A DNA stretch of 46,466 bases from an uncultured Clostridium sp. Lineage in GTDB: Bacteria; Bacillota_I; Bacilli_A; RF39; UBA660. Each line of letters starts with the position of its first letter. Within the stretch, counting starts at the first letter, position 1. The translations under genes were made by a program, and so were the position numbers. Under the pieces are notes generated by a model. That model saw only the letters and a program-made list of their open reading frames with translations, had not been told where the DNA came from and ran no database searches. The DNA lies in the NCBI GenBank assembly GCA_964545285.1, contig CAZJEW010000003.1, positions 1 through 46,466 of the forward strand. Reading direction: 5' to 3'. Shown piece after piece: positions 18,228 through 27,774 of this stretch.

Positions 18228-19079
18228 ATGAAAAAGAGTAAGAAAATAGGTTATGTTGATGTTAGTGCCAATATATTAGATAGAATAAAAATGAAAAATT
18301 CTAATATAATATTTTATGATGTTAGAGAGTCTAAGCATAAACTTTTTGACATAGTATTATATAGTGATAATTTACCAATAGAGATTAAAACGTTTTTCGA
18401 AATGTTTAATGTTTTATTAATAAATGTAACAAATTCTACAATAGATAATATTTGTGAAAATATAACTAATGGATATAAAAGGCATAGATATTTAAATTCC
18501 GATCAAATTCATTATATAAATGTTATAAATAAATTTCTTTATTTAAATGACAAAATAGAAAAACTTGTTGGTGGTGAGGAAAGTCATAGTTTTAAAGTTG
18601 CATATATATTAAAAAGATTTTGTAATAAAATAAATATGAGTGAAGATAGAACTTTAGAACTATATATTGCTGGATTATTTCATGATATTGGAAAAATATA
18701 TGTTAATCCTAAAATATTATGTAAGAAAGGAAAACTTACTAAAGAAGAATATGACGAAATTAAAATACATCCTATTAAAAGTTACGAGATGTTAAAAGGA
18801 TATCTACCCGAAAGTACATTATTGTTAATAAAGAATCATCATAAGAGAGAAAATAATAATGGTTATCCAATGGACAATGAAGAATTTTCTGAGTGGTCTG
18901 AAATTTTAGCGTTGTCTGATAGTTTTGATGCAATGACTTCTAAGAGAATATATAATATTCCACTAAGCAAAACCGAAAGTATTAATGAATTGGAGCTTTG
19001 TTCAAAAGAGACTGATGAAGGTGGTAAAGGAATACTATTTAATCCATATTTAACAGAATTATTTGTAAAAACATTATAA
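18228..19079 (+). CDS. HD-GYP domain protein (putative c-di-GMP phosphodiesterase)
   Basis: GLFHDIGKI (HD) and HHKRENNNGYP (HHExxDGxGYP-like). The N-terminal ~130 aa are unrecognised. Confidence 0.7.
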   Translation: MKKSKKIGYVDVSANILDRIKMKNSNIIFYDVRESKHKLFDIVLYSDNLPIEIKTFFEMFNVLLINVTNSTIDNICENITNGYKRHRYLNSDQIHYINVINKFLYLNDKIEKLVGGEESHSFKVAYILKRFCNKINMSEDRTLELYIAGLFHDIGKIYVNPKILCKKGKLTKEEYDEIKIHPIKSYEMLKGYLPESTLLLIKNHHKRENNNGYPMDNEEFSEWSEILALSDSFDAMTSKRIYNIPLSKTESINELELCSKETDEGGKGILFNPYLTELFVKTL

Positions 19080-19115
19080 ATATTATATAATATATACCAT
19101 TAAGAAAGGAATGCT

Positions 19116-20177
19116 ATGAATATAATTAACATAGAAATTATTAATATACTTCTTATTCTATTCATTATTGCTGATTATAGTATAAAATATAGAAAAAAAT
19201 TTGATATTAATTCTTTTATTTGGTTTTCTGAATGTTTAAGTATAATATTGTTATCACTAACAAATATTTGTCTGTTTTATAGTACTTCATTTGTTGTTCA
19301 AACTTGGTTTTTATGTATTGGGTATGTATTTGCTATGTTACCTATATTACTTTATTTATATTATTTAAATATTAATTATATGAACAAAAAGATTAATTCT
19401 AATTTATTATTAATTTATTTTATATGTTATGTATTGTGTGTGATTATATTTTTTACTAAATGTTCACTTGATGCTAATATTAATTACATTAGTCAATATA
19501 CTAATCATTATATATTTGTTTCATTTATTATTTTACCAATATTGTGTGTATTAGCAAAAATTATATATAGTAAGACTTATGTTTCATTTAAAATATATTT
19601 TGCTTTAATATTTCCAATAGTTGGATTACTATTAGATACGGTTTTCTCTAATTCATTATTTATTACTTTTTCATATTCATTAACAGCATTATTATTATAT
19701 ATGTTTAAATATGATAGAGTTATTAACAAAGATTCTTTAACTGGTGCTAAAAACAGAAGATATTTTGATAATTATATTTATTTACAGAATAAAAAGTATG
19801 CGGTTTTTATGATAGATGTTGATGAATTTAAAAGTATTAATGATACTTATGGTCATGATAAAGGTGATTTAATTCTTAAAGATATTGTGAATGTCCTTAA
19901 AGAATCTATAAGGACCACTGATAGTGTTATTAGACTTGGCGGTGATGAATTTGCAATAATATCAAGTATTAAAAATGATAATGATATTAAAGTAATTAAT
20001 AATAGAATTGATAATAATATTATTAAATATAATTCAAGTCATGATATTAATATTAGTATATCTATTGGATATGGAATATATACTTCTGAAGATGATTTTA
20101 GTGTATTTTTAAAGTCAATCGATAAGAAAATGTATAAAAGTAAGCAAAGTAAAAAAAATGAAAAACAAAAGGCTTAA
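19116..20177 (+). CDS. membrane-bound GGDEF diguanylate cyclase
   Basis: About six N-terminal TMs, then DSLTGAKNRRYF and RLGGDEFAI. An RxxD I-site (RTTD) lies 5 residues upstream of GGDEF. Confidence 0.85.
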   Translation: MNIINIEIINILLILFIIADYSIKYRKKFDINSFIWFSECLSIILLSLTNICLFYSTSFVVQTWFLCIGYVFAMLPILLYLYYLNINYMNKKINSNLLLIYFICYVLCVIIFFTKCSLDANINYISQYTNHYIFVSFIILPILCVLAKIIYSKTYVSFKIYFALIFPIVGLLLDTVFSNSLFITFSYSLTALLLYMFKYDRVINKDSLTGAKNRRYFDNYIYLQNKKYAVFMIDVDEFKSINDTYGHDKGDLILKDIVNVLKESIRTTDSVIRLGGDEFAIISSIKNDNDIKVINNRIDNNIIKYNSSHDINISISIGYGIYTSEDDFSVFLKSIDKKMYKSKQSKKNEKQKA

Positions 20178-20799
20178 AATAGTCTATGAAGACAAATATA
20201 TTTTGATAGTTAACAAAGAATCAAATCTATTAACTATTAGTACGGATAACATTAAAGATAATACATTGTTTAATAGGGTTTTTGAGTATATTAAAAAAAA
20301 GAATAAAAATAATAAAATATTTATAGTACATAGATTAGATAGAGACACGAGTGGACTAGTACTATTTGCAAAAAATGAAATAATAAAGAAAGATTTACAG
20401 GATAATTGGAATAATGTAATAAGAAAATACTATGCTGTAGTCCATGGAAATACTAAAGATAACGACACAATAAAATCTTATATAAATGAGACAAAGACTT
20501 TATATTCTTACTCATCTAATAACGGAAAACTTGCTATTACCAAATATAATAAGATAATGAATAATAAAAAATATTCTTTACTTGATATAAACATATTAAC
20601 AGGAAGAAAAAATCAAATAAGAGTTCATATGAAAGATAACAATACTCCTATAGTAGGAGATAAAAAATATGGTATTAAAGATAATAATCAAAAAATGTTA
20701 CTTAATGCATATTATTTAGAATTTGAGCATCCTATTACTAAAGAACATGTTGTATTTGACACTGGATTACCAGAATATTTTAAAGAATTCTTTAAATAA
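20158..20799 (+). CDS. RluA-family pseudouridine synthase
   Basis: HRLDRDTSGLVLFAK catalytic motif and GRKNQIRVH. Overlaps the GGDEF gene by 20 nt. Confidence 0.85.
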   Translation: MKNKRLKIVYEDKYILIVNKESNLLTISTDNIKDNTLFNRVFEYIKKKNKNNKIFIVHRLDRDTSGLVLFAKNEIIKKDLQDNWNNVIRKYYAVVHGNTKDNDTIKSYINETKTLYSYSSNNGKLAITKYNKIMNNKKYSLLDINILTGRKNQIRVHMKDNNTPIVGDKKYGIKDNNQKMLLNAYYLEFEHPITKEHVVFDTGLPEYFKEFFK

Positions 20800-20834
20800 T
20801 TACTTATTTATATTATAATTAGTATGGAGTAATT

Positions 20835-21359
20835 ATGAAAAGCATATATATAGTATTATCTCATTCAAATACAATAGTTTCTAAAATTATTAAAAAAGTT
20901 ACTAAAGATAAATATTCACATGTATCATTAAGTTTTGATGACTCATGTGAAAATATGTTTTCATTTGGAAGAAAATATTTACATATTGCTTTTATAGGTT
21001 GCTTTAATGTAGAAAATATTCATAAAGGAGTATATAAAGTACATTCAAATGCAACTATGGCAATTTATAAATTAAATGTAAATGAAAAACAATATATCAA
21101 TGCTATGAAAAAAATTAAGGATATATCTAATAATAGCAAGGGATACAATATAATAGGATTATTTTTAGCGTATTTTAGGATTAGAGTTAATAGACCTAAA
21201 TATTATTGTAGTGAGTTTGTATATAATGTATTATCTGATGATAATATAAATATTATAAATAAGAATAATGAAGTATTTAAACCTATGGAATTTACTAAAT
21301 TAAATGGTTTAGAGCTACTTTATGAAGGAAGAATAAATGAATATAAGGTGAGTGAATGA
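20835..21359 (+). CDS. YiiX/YaeF-like permuted papain-fold (C92) protein
   Basis: His-containing YSHVSL comes before Cys-containing YYCSEFVYN, the permuted order typical of this family. Confidence 0.5.
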   Translation: MKSIYIVLSHSNTIVSKIIKKVTKDKYSHVSLSFDDSCENMFSFGRKYLHIAFIGCFNVENIHKGVYKVHSNATMAIYKLNVNEKQYINAMKKIKDISNNSKGYNIIGLFLAYFRIRVNRPKYYCSEFVYNVLSDDNINIINKNNEVFKPMEFTKLNGLELLYEGRINEYKVSE

Positions 21360-21790
21360 ATCTAATATCAAAACTAATGTCTTTAACTCAAAATGAATAT
21401 CAATATATAATACTTATATTACTAGTTTTATTTGGCCTTTTATATTATACTTTTTATTCTATAAGAATATACAAGTTATCAAAAAAATATAATATGAAAG
21501 AAAAGTGGATGTCATGGGTCCCTTATTTAAATATTTATTATTTAGGAGTTATTTCAAATAATTATATTTATGGAATAATATCTCTATTTTTGTTAAGTAT
21601 AACTTCTTTTTCAAAATCAATAATTATAGATGTAATAATTTATTTACTATATGATATTATTTATACAATAATGTTAAGTAAAATATATAAGAAAAATTAT
21701 AAAAATAAATATAAAAAATATAGTGTTTTTACTTTTTTAACATTAACTTTTGGTTCATTATTAATATTAAATAAAACTGATAAAATATAA
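21356..21790 (+). CDS. small polytopic membrane protein, unknown function
   Basis: Three or four hydrophobic helices. ATGA overlap with the upstream gene. Confidence 0.55.
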   Translation: MNLISKLMSLTQNEYQYIILILLVLFGLLYYTFYSIRIYKLSKKYNMKEKWMSWVPYLNIYYLGVISNNYIYGIISLFLLSITSFSKSIIIDVIIYLLYDIIYTIMLSKIYKKNYKNKYKKYSVFTFLTLTFGSLLILNKTDKI

Positions 21791-21792
21791 TA

Positions 21793-22614
21793 TCAGTTTT
21801 TATTTTCTCTTTTAATTAATTTAGCATGTAATACAACTTTATCGGTATTATTATAACAAGTTGATAATGTTAATATATAATCATTAATATTAACATTGGC
21901 ATCAAATTTTAAAGCTGATCTATTTTTAATTGTATTTAAAAATTTCTCATAATCTTTATCACTACTAAAATTAGTAGTAATATAATAACTTTCTGTTTCA
22001 ATATGATATACGCTAAATACTTGCCATAAAGTATTTTCCGTTTCGGTTGATAACTTAATAATGTGATTATCAGTATCATTATACCAGTCGCTCTTAAGAA
22101 TATTCTTTAAAGATCCAAACATTGTTCTATCTTTTCTAGCATGGCCATATAGAATAGTATTTTTATCGAAATTCGTAGAATTGTTTCTATAATCCATAAA
22201 TATCCATCCAGCATCAGTGTATTTTTTTTCAAAACTATGTGTTAAATAATAAGAATTATCAGTAGTTTGTACATAAGGATAATTGATATTAGTTCCATTT
22301 ACTTGAATCCATCCTTTAGTATCTTTATTAATATTTTTGAGCTCTGATAAATCAACATTAATCATATTCATTTTAATATATGACCAGTATATACTTTCTT
22401 CAGATTCATTTTCTGAATTAACAGCTTCTCCTCCATCTGATTCTTGAACATCAGTAGTATTATCAATATTTTCTATATTATTTTTAATTTCAATATTGTC
22501 TTTTTCCCAATGTATAAAATTAATCATGCTATAAATAAGTCCTCCAATACTTAAAAGAAGAACTAAAGTTAGAATAATATTTTTCCATTTGAGTCTACCT
22601 TTTCTTTTAGCCAT
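21793..22614 (-). CDS. srtB: class B sortase
   Basis: N-terminal TM anchor, NYPYVQTTDNSYYLTH, ILYGHARKD (His), TLSTC (catalytic Cys). Confidence 0.8.
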   Translation of the reverse strand: MAKRKGRLKWKNIILTLVLLLSIGGLIYSMINFIHWEKDNIEIKNNIENIDNTTDVQESDGGEAVNSENESEESIYWSYIKMNMINVDLSELKNINKDTKGWIQVNGTNINYPYVQTTDNSYYLTHSFEKKYTDAGWIFMDYRNNSTNFDKNTILYGHARKDRTMFGSLKNILKSDWYNDTDNHIIKLSTETENTLWQVFSVYHIETESYYITTNFSSDKDYEKFLNTIKNRSALKFDANVNINDYILTLSTCYNNTDKVVLHAKLIKRENKN

Positions 22615-22659
22615 ATATACTCCTAAGAGTATTATAATATATTTAAATAAATAAATAAA

Positions 22660-24618
22660 TTACTTTTTAGCAACTAATCCTTTAAATGTTATTGTATTAC
22701 CATTAGAATCGATAGTACTTCTTGATGTACTTATTATTCCATTTGGCTTAGTAAATTTAGCTCCACATTCAATTATATTTTTAACAATAAAAGATTGAAT
22801 ATTAGTTCTTTCGTTAAAAGATTCGTTATTTGTAATATAATATTCTTTTGATAATTCATCATATCCATACCAAATAGCTATAGAATAATCACTAGTATAT
22901 GTTACTGTCCATGAATCTTGTATGGTTTTTGAAGACAATCCTAAACTTTTTAATAATTTACTATCATAGCTACTAGTTCCTGTTTTAGTTGCAATTTCAG
23001 TATCTTTAACTTTAGTTTTATAACTAGTGACATTTAACAATACATATGATATTAAATAAGCAGTCGTTTCTTTCATTGCTCTATGAGAATCATATTCAAT
23101 ATTATATTCTACATCTCCATATTCATATTTATAAACTATTCTGTTAACTGAGTGAGGTTCATTATATATTCCATTATTGCCAAAGGCGGCATATGCAGCT
23201 GCTAATGAAACTGGACTGACTCCTGAAAAAGCACCAATCGAATGTGCTTCATTGATATATTTGCTATCGGAATTTAGATATTCAGGTGTAATTCCCAAAG
23301 AAGTAACAAATTCATTTATTTTAGAATTATTTACTCTTTTAAAAGCTTGTAAGGCACATGTGTTTCTAGATTTAACTAAACATTCTTGCAAACTTAAAGT
23401 TCCATTATAAAGACCATCAATATTTTTAATTGTTCCACCGTTAGTATATTTAATAGGTTTATCTTCAAATATTGTTGCTGTAGACCAATTATTGTACTCA
23501 ATTCCGGGTCCGTAATCAAATAATGGTTTAGCAGTACTTCCTGGATGCCTTTTTATTTGAGTAGCATAATTAAATGATAACTCACTTATCTTATTTCTTC
23601 CAGCACCAACAGCAATTATTGATCCTGTATCATTGTCAATAACACCTATACCAACTTGTACTTTATCATCTTTAAAATTATGTGTATTATAGAATTCATT
23701 AATAATGTCTTGTTTGCTTTTTATCATAGTACTATAAATATCCATAGATACTTCATACGGATTATTTCCGGTTTTATCTATTACTTCTTCAACAATAGTA
23801 TCAATAAATCCTTGATATGGGTTTGATACATTATTATTAACAATAAAGTTCTTAATGTTAGTATTGATTGCAATTTTATAGGTATTAATATCTATATAAC
23901 CATGTCTTAACATTAAATATATAACAGTATTTTTTCTTTCGTTAGCTTTATCAGGATTAATAAAAGGATCATACTCACTTGGCGCTTGAAATAAACCTGC
24001 TATTAATACCGATTCGATTAGATTTAAATCAGATACACTTTTTCCAAAATAAGTTAAAGATGCTTGCTCAATACCATATGATCCACTACCTAGATATGGT
24101 GCATTAACATAATATTCTATTATCTGTTCTTTTGTGTATTCTTTGTTTAATTTAAATACCGAAATGTAGATGTCTGTAAATTTTCTGACTATTCCATCAA
24201 ATCCTTCTGTTTTAAGACTTGTAAAAGAATTTTTAGATATTTGCATTGCTAAGGTTGATGCACCACCACCATCAATACCTTTTAACCAAGAAAAAGAAGC
24301 TACTAGAAACCTAGGTGCATCAAAACCATTATGCTCGTAAAATCTTGAATCCTCTGTAGCTATTAAAGCATCCAAAAACACTTCTGGAATATCTTCATAT
24401 TTAATAATCTGTCTTTTTTCACTACCAATTGTAGCAATTAAATTATTCTCACTATCATATATATTACTAGATTCTTCCTTATATAAATTTTCTTTATTAA
24501 ATGCAGGAGCATTAACATAAACATATAAACAAAAACCACAAAATACTAACATTGAAAGAAATATTAATAAAATAATTGATAATGCAAATTTTTTTAATAT
24601 TTTATTTCTTTTACTCAT
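22660..24618 (-). CDS. class A penicillin-binding protein (glycosyltransferase + transpeptidase)
   Basis: GT51 motifs ATEDSRFYEHNGFD and GASTLAMQ. Transpeptidase GSTAKP (SxxK) and KTGTS. ATG 24618 (MSKRNK) has AGGTG 5 nt upstream; the track ORF extends to 24663. Confidence 0.9.
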   Translation of the reverse strand: MSKRNKILKKFALSIILLIFLSMLVFCGFCLYVYVNAPAFNKENLYKEESSNIYDSENNLIATIGSEKRQIIKYEDIPEVFLDALIATEDSRFYEHNGFDAPRFLVASFSWLKGIDGGGASTLAMQISKNSFTSLKTEGFDGIVRKFTDIYISVFKLNKEYTKEQIIEYYVNAPYLGSGSYGIEQASLTYFGKSVSDLNLIESVLIAGLFQAPSEYDPFINPDKANERKNTVIYLMLRHGYIDINTYKIAINTNIKNFIVNNNVSNPYQGFIDTIVEEVIDKTGNNPYEVSMDIYSTMIKSKQDIINEFYNTHNFKDDKVQVGIGVIDNDTGSIIAVGAGRNKISELSFNYATQIKRHPGSTAKPLFDYGPGIEYNNWSTATIFEDKPIKYTNGGTIKNIDGLYNGTLSLQECLVKSRNTCALQAFKRVNNSKINEFVTSLGITPEYLNSDSKYINEAHSIGAFSGVSPVSLAAAYAAFGNNGIYNEPHSVNRIVYKYEYGDVEYNIEYDSHRAMKETTAYLISYVLLNVTSYKTKVKDTEIATKTGTSSYDSKLLKSLGLSSKTIQDSWTVTYTSDYSIAIWYGYDELSKEYYITNNESFNERTNIQSFIVKNIIECGAKFTKPNGIISTSRSTIDSNGNTITFKGLVAKK

Positions 24619-24662
24619 TCTACACCTAATATTAGTATTAACAATTATTACTTTATAATTCA

Positions 24663-24692
24663 TTGACTAATATATTTTAATTTTGTTATACT
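24663..24692 (+). promoter_or_regulatory. sigma-A promoter (TTGACT-18 nt-TATACT, TG-extended)
   Basis: TTGACT at 24663-24668 and TGT-TATACT at 24684-24692, about 15 nt upstream of ATG 24708. Confidence 0.5.
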
Positions 24693-24707
24693 TTATTTGA
24701 GGCAGTT

Positions 24708-26222
24708 ATGAAGAATATTAATAAATTTTTAAGCGATAATAAAATAATATTATTAATATTATTCTTCTTTAGTATACTAGTATATGGATATGCTGGTTTT
24801 AATACAATAATTAATTTAGATGGTGTAGACGATTTTATTATTAATAGTAAAACTTCAAATTATACATTATATTTATCTGTAGGAAGATGGGGATGGAGTG
24901 TAGTTGGATTATTATTTAACTATTATCCTTCATCTTTTTTATGTCTAATATTAAATAGCATAATGTTTTCTTTAACTGGCGTTTTTTTAGGAAAAATATT
25001 AAATCTAACTAATAAAAAATACATAATATTACTATCAATGATTCTAATTGCTTTCCCTTCAAATATTACAGCATATTCATATATCCCATGGCAATATTCA
25101 ATAGGTGTAGGATACTTTGTTTCAATTTACTCTGTATATAAAGTAGTAAATTGCAAAAATATAAAAGATTTTTTTATGTCATCATTTTTAATTGCTTTTG
25201 CTACTGCAATATATCAAACATTTATAGAAGTAATAATTGTTTTACTAATGTTATCTGTAATCTTGAATTTAAAAAATAAAGAAAAAACATATTTTAAAAA
25301 AATATTATTATATTTATTATGTGGAATAGTAGGATTAATGATATATTATGTAATAGTAAAATTATCTACATCCTTATTTAATGTTGAAATGAACTATTAT
25401 CAGGGTGCTAATAACATGTTTGGCATTAACTTTCAACTTGTTTCATATTATTTTAAAACAAATATTATAAAAGGATTAAAAGTAGAATTCGGGTATTTTT
25501 TACCAAAAATCGTTCATTTAACATTAATATTTTTATTAATATGCGGTCTAACTTTTTATTCATTTAAAGTCAAAAAAGATAGATTAATTATATATTCTCT
25601 ATTATTAGTATTATTCATATTTTGTCCAAGAACACTTAATTTTTTAAAACCTAATATTTGGGATCATCAGATAACTAATATTCCATATTCATGTTTGTTT
25701 ATTGGAGGAGTATCGCTTTTAATTATAGGGATTGATGTTTTTAAAGGTAAGAAAATATATAATATCATTAACAAATTATTAACAATTGTTTTAATATTAA
25801 TTAGTACTTCTTTAATGATTAAAGCTAATCAAGTATTTGTAATGGCAAAGCAATCAACAGATGCATCATTTTACTATTTGAATAGACTTCAATCAAGAAT
25901 AGAAATGGTTGACGGGTATAACGAACTTTCTAATCCTAAAAAATATTATTTAATTAGATATTGTGAAGGCTGTATTGTTGATAATTATCCATTTTCAGAT
26001 AGTGCTTATATTGATGATCAAGGAGTAAATTGGTCATTTCTTACTATGAATGTAGACACAATACCGGCATTTAATATTTTAGGTGAAAATGTAGTAGAAT
26101 CACAATTTGATTATGAAGATAGAAAAATAATAAGAGAAATGTTAAAAGATAGAGAATTGTATCCTTCGAAAGATAGTATTTTTATCTATAAGGATACTGT
26201 TATAGTTAAAATGGGAGTATAA
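24708..26222 (+). CDS. polytopic membrane glycosyltransferase, GtrII-like (GT-C-type), paralogue 1
   Basis: About 10-12 TMs. Conserved first-loop YGYAGFN..NLDGVDD. The soluble C-terminal domain carries PAFNILGENVV. Confidence 0.55.
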   Translation: MKNINKFLSDNKIILLILFFFSILVYGYAGFNTIINLDGVDDFIINSKTSNYTLYLSVGRWGWSVVGLLFNYYPSSFLCLILNSIMFSLTGVFLGKILNLTNKKYIILLSMILIAFPSNITAYSYIPWQYSIGVGYFVSIYSVYKVVNCKNIKDFFMSSFLIAFATAIYQTFIEVIIVLLMLSVILNLKNKEKTYFKKILLYLLCGIVGLMIYYVIVKLSTSLFNVEMNYYQGANNMFGINFQLVSYYFKTNIIKGLKVEFGYFLPKIVHLTLIFLLICGLTFYSFKVKKDRLIIYSLLLVLFIFCPRTLNFLKPNIWDHQITNIPYSCLFIGGVSLLIIGIDVFKGKKIYNIINKLLTIVLILISTSLMIKANQVFVMAKQSTDASFYYLNRLQSRIEMVDGYNELSNPKKYYLIRYCEGCIVDNYPFSDSAYIDDQGVNWSFLTMNVDTIPAFNILGENVVESQFDYEDRKIIREMLKDRELYPSKDSIFIYKDTVIVKMGV

Positions 26223-26224
26223 GT

Positions 26225-27739
26225 ATGAAGAGGATTATTAAATTTTATAAAGACAATAAGAAAACATTAATAACATTATTCATTTTTACAATATTGGTAT
26301 ATGGATATGCTGGATTAAATCTAATAGTAAATGTTGACGGAATAGATGATTTGATGATTGCTAATAAGCCATCATATTATGAGATATATTTTTCACAAGG
26401 AAGATGGGCTTGGGGAATGCTAGAATATTTATTTGCAGAATATCCCATTCCATTTTTATCATTAATTTTAAACTCAATATTATTTCCATTAGCAGGTATG
26501 TTTTTAGGGAAAGTTTTAAATATTAAAAATGATATATACGTTATTTTATTATCTATGATTATGATTGCATTTCCAACTAATATACTTTGCTATACATACC
26601 TTTGCTGGCAACAAGTTATTTCGATAGGGTATTTATGTAGTATATATGCTGTATATAAAATGAAAAATTATAATAATTATAAAGATTTGTTAATAACATC
26701 ATTTTTAATCTCATTTTCCACAGGAATATATCAATCGTTCCTTCCATTAATTATGACTTTAACTGTAGTAACGTTTATCCTTGATTTACATTATAATAAA
26801 AGTATAAAAGTATTTTTTAAAAAACTGTTAATTTGTTTATTAATGGGACTATTTGGATGCATGTTATATTTTATATTGGTTAAATTATCAATAAAATTAC
26901 TTAATATAGATTTAGAGGGTTATCAGGGTGCAGCAAGTATGTTTAATTTTGACTTAAACATAATAATATCATCGTTTGGTACAAGCTTTATATCTTCTTT
27001 GGCAATAAATTTTGGATCTTTTACTCCTACATATATTAAATTTTTATTAATGTTAATATTTATTATTAGTATAATACTTTACTTATCTAAAATAAAACAA
27101 GAGTATTATCTTTTATATTGCATATTAATAATACTATTATTAATTCTACCAAATTTTTTAATGTTTTTATTACCCACTAGTTTCTATCATGTATTAACTA
27201 AACAAGCTTATTCTATGCTATTTATTGGTGGGTTTTCATTATTAATTATTGCTATAGAAGAAATAAAGCAAATTAAAATTAAAAATATTTTAAACAAACT
27301 ATTTATTATAGTGTTCAGTTTTATAAATTGTGTTTTATTAGTTAATGCTAATCAAGTATTTGTAATGTCAAAACAAGTAACTGAATCTAGTTTTAGTTAT
27401 TTAAACAGATTACAAACTAAAATTGAAATGTTAGATGGTTATAATAATTTACCTAAAGTAAAAAAATATTATTTATATAACGATTGTTTAATGTGTACTA
27501 AGCAATACCCATTTTCGGATTATGCATATATACAAGAATTTGGTGTTACAACAACATTCTTAATATATACTTGTGATGTAATACCTGCATTTAATGTGTT
27601 AGGAGAGAACGTTGTTTTAGCAGAACCTACTCAAGAAGAATTAATAGAAATTAAAAGCATAGTTGATCAAAATAGAAAAAATAATGACGAAAAACAAGTG
27701 TTTATTTATAAAGATATTGTTGTAATATTAGGAGAATAA
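26225..27739 (+). CDS. polytopic membrane glycosyltransferase, GtrII-like, paralogue 2
   Basis: Same 504-aa length and collinear with paralogue 1 (YGYAGLN..NVDGIDD, ANQVFVM, PAFNVLGENVV). Starts 2 nt after the upstream stop. Confidence 0.55.
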   Translation: MKRIIKFYKDNKKTLITLFIFTILVYGYAGLNLIVNVDGIDDLMIANKPSYYEIYFSQGRWAWGMLEYLFAEYPIPFLSLILNSILFPLAGMFLGKVLNIKNDIYVILLSMIMIAFPTNILCYTYLCWQQVISIGYLCSIYAVYKMKNYNNYKDLLITSFLISFSTGIYQSFLPLIMTLTVVTFILDLHYNKSIKVFFKKLLICLLMGLFGCMLYFILVKLSIKLLNIDLEGYQGAASMFNFDLNIIISSFGTSFISSLAINFGSFTPTYIKFLLMLIFIISIILYLSKIKQEYYLLYCILIILLLILPNFLMFLLPTSFYHVLTKQAYSMLFIGGFSLLIIAIEEIKQIKIKNILNKLFIIVFSFINCVLLVNANQVFVMSKQVTESSFSYLNRLQTKIEMLDGYNNLPKVKKYYLYNDCLMCTKQYPFSDYAYIQEFGVTTTFLIYTCDVIPAFNVLGENVVLAEPTQEELIEIKSIVDQNRKNNDEKQVFIYKDIVVILGE

Positions 27740-27774
27740 ATAGTATAATATTATTATCTGTCTAGGAGGAAAGA

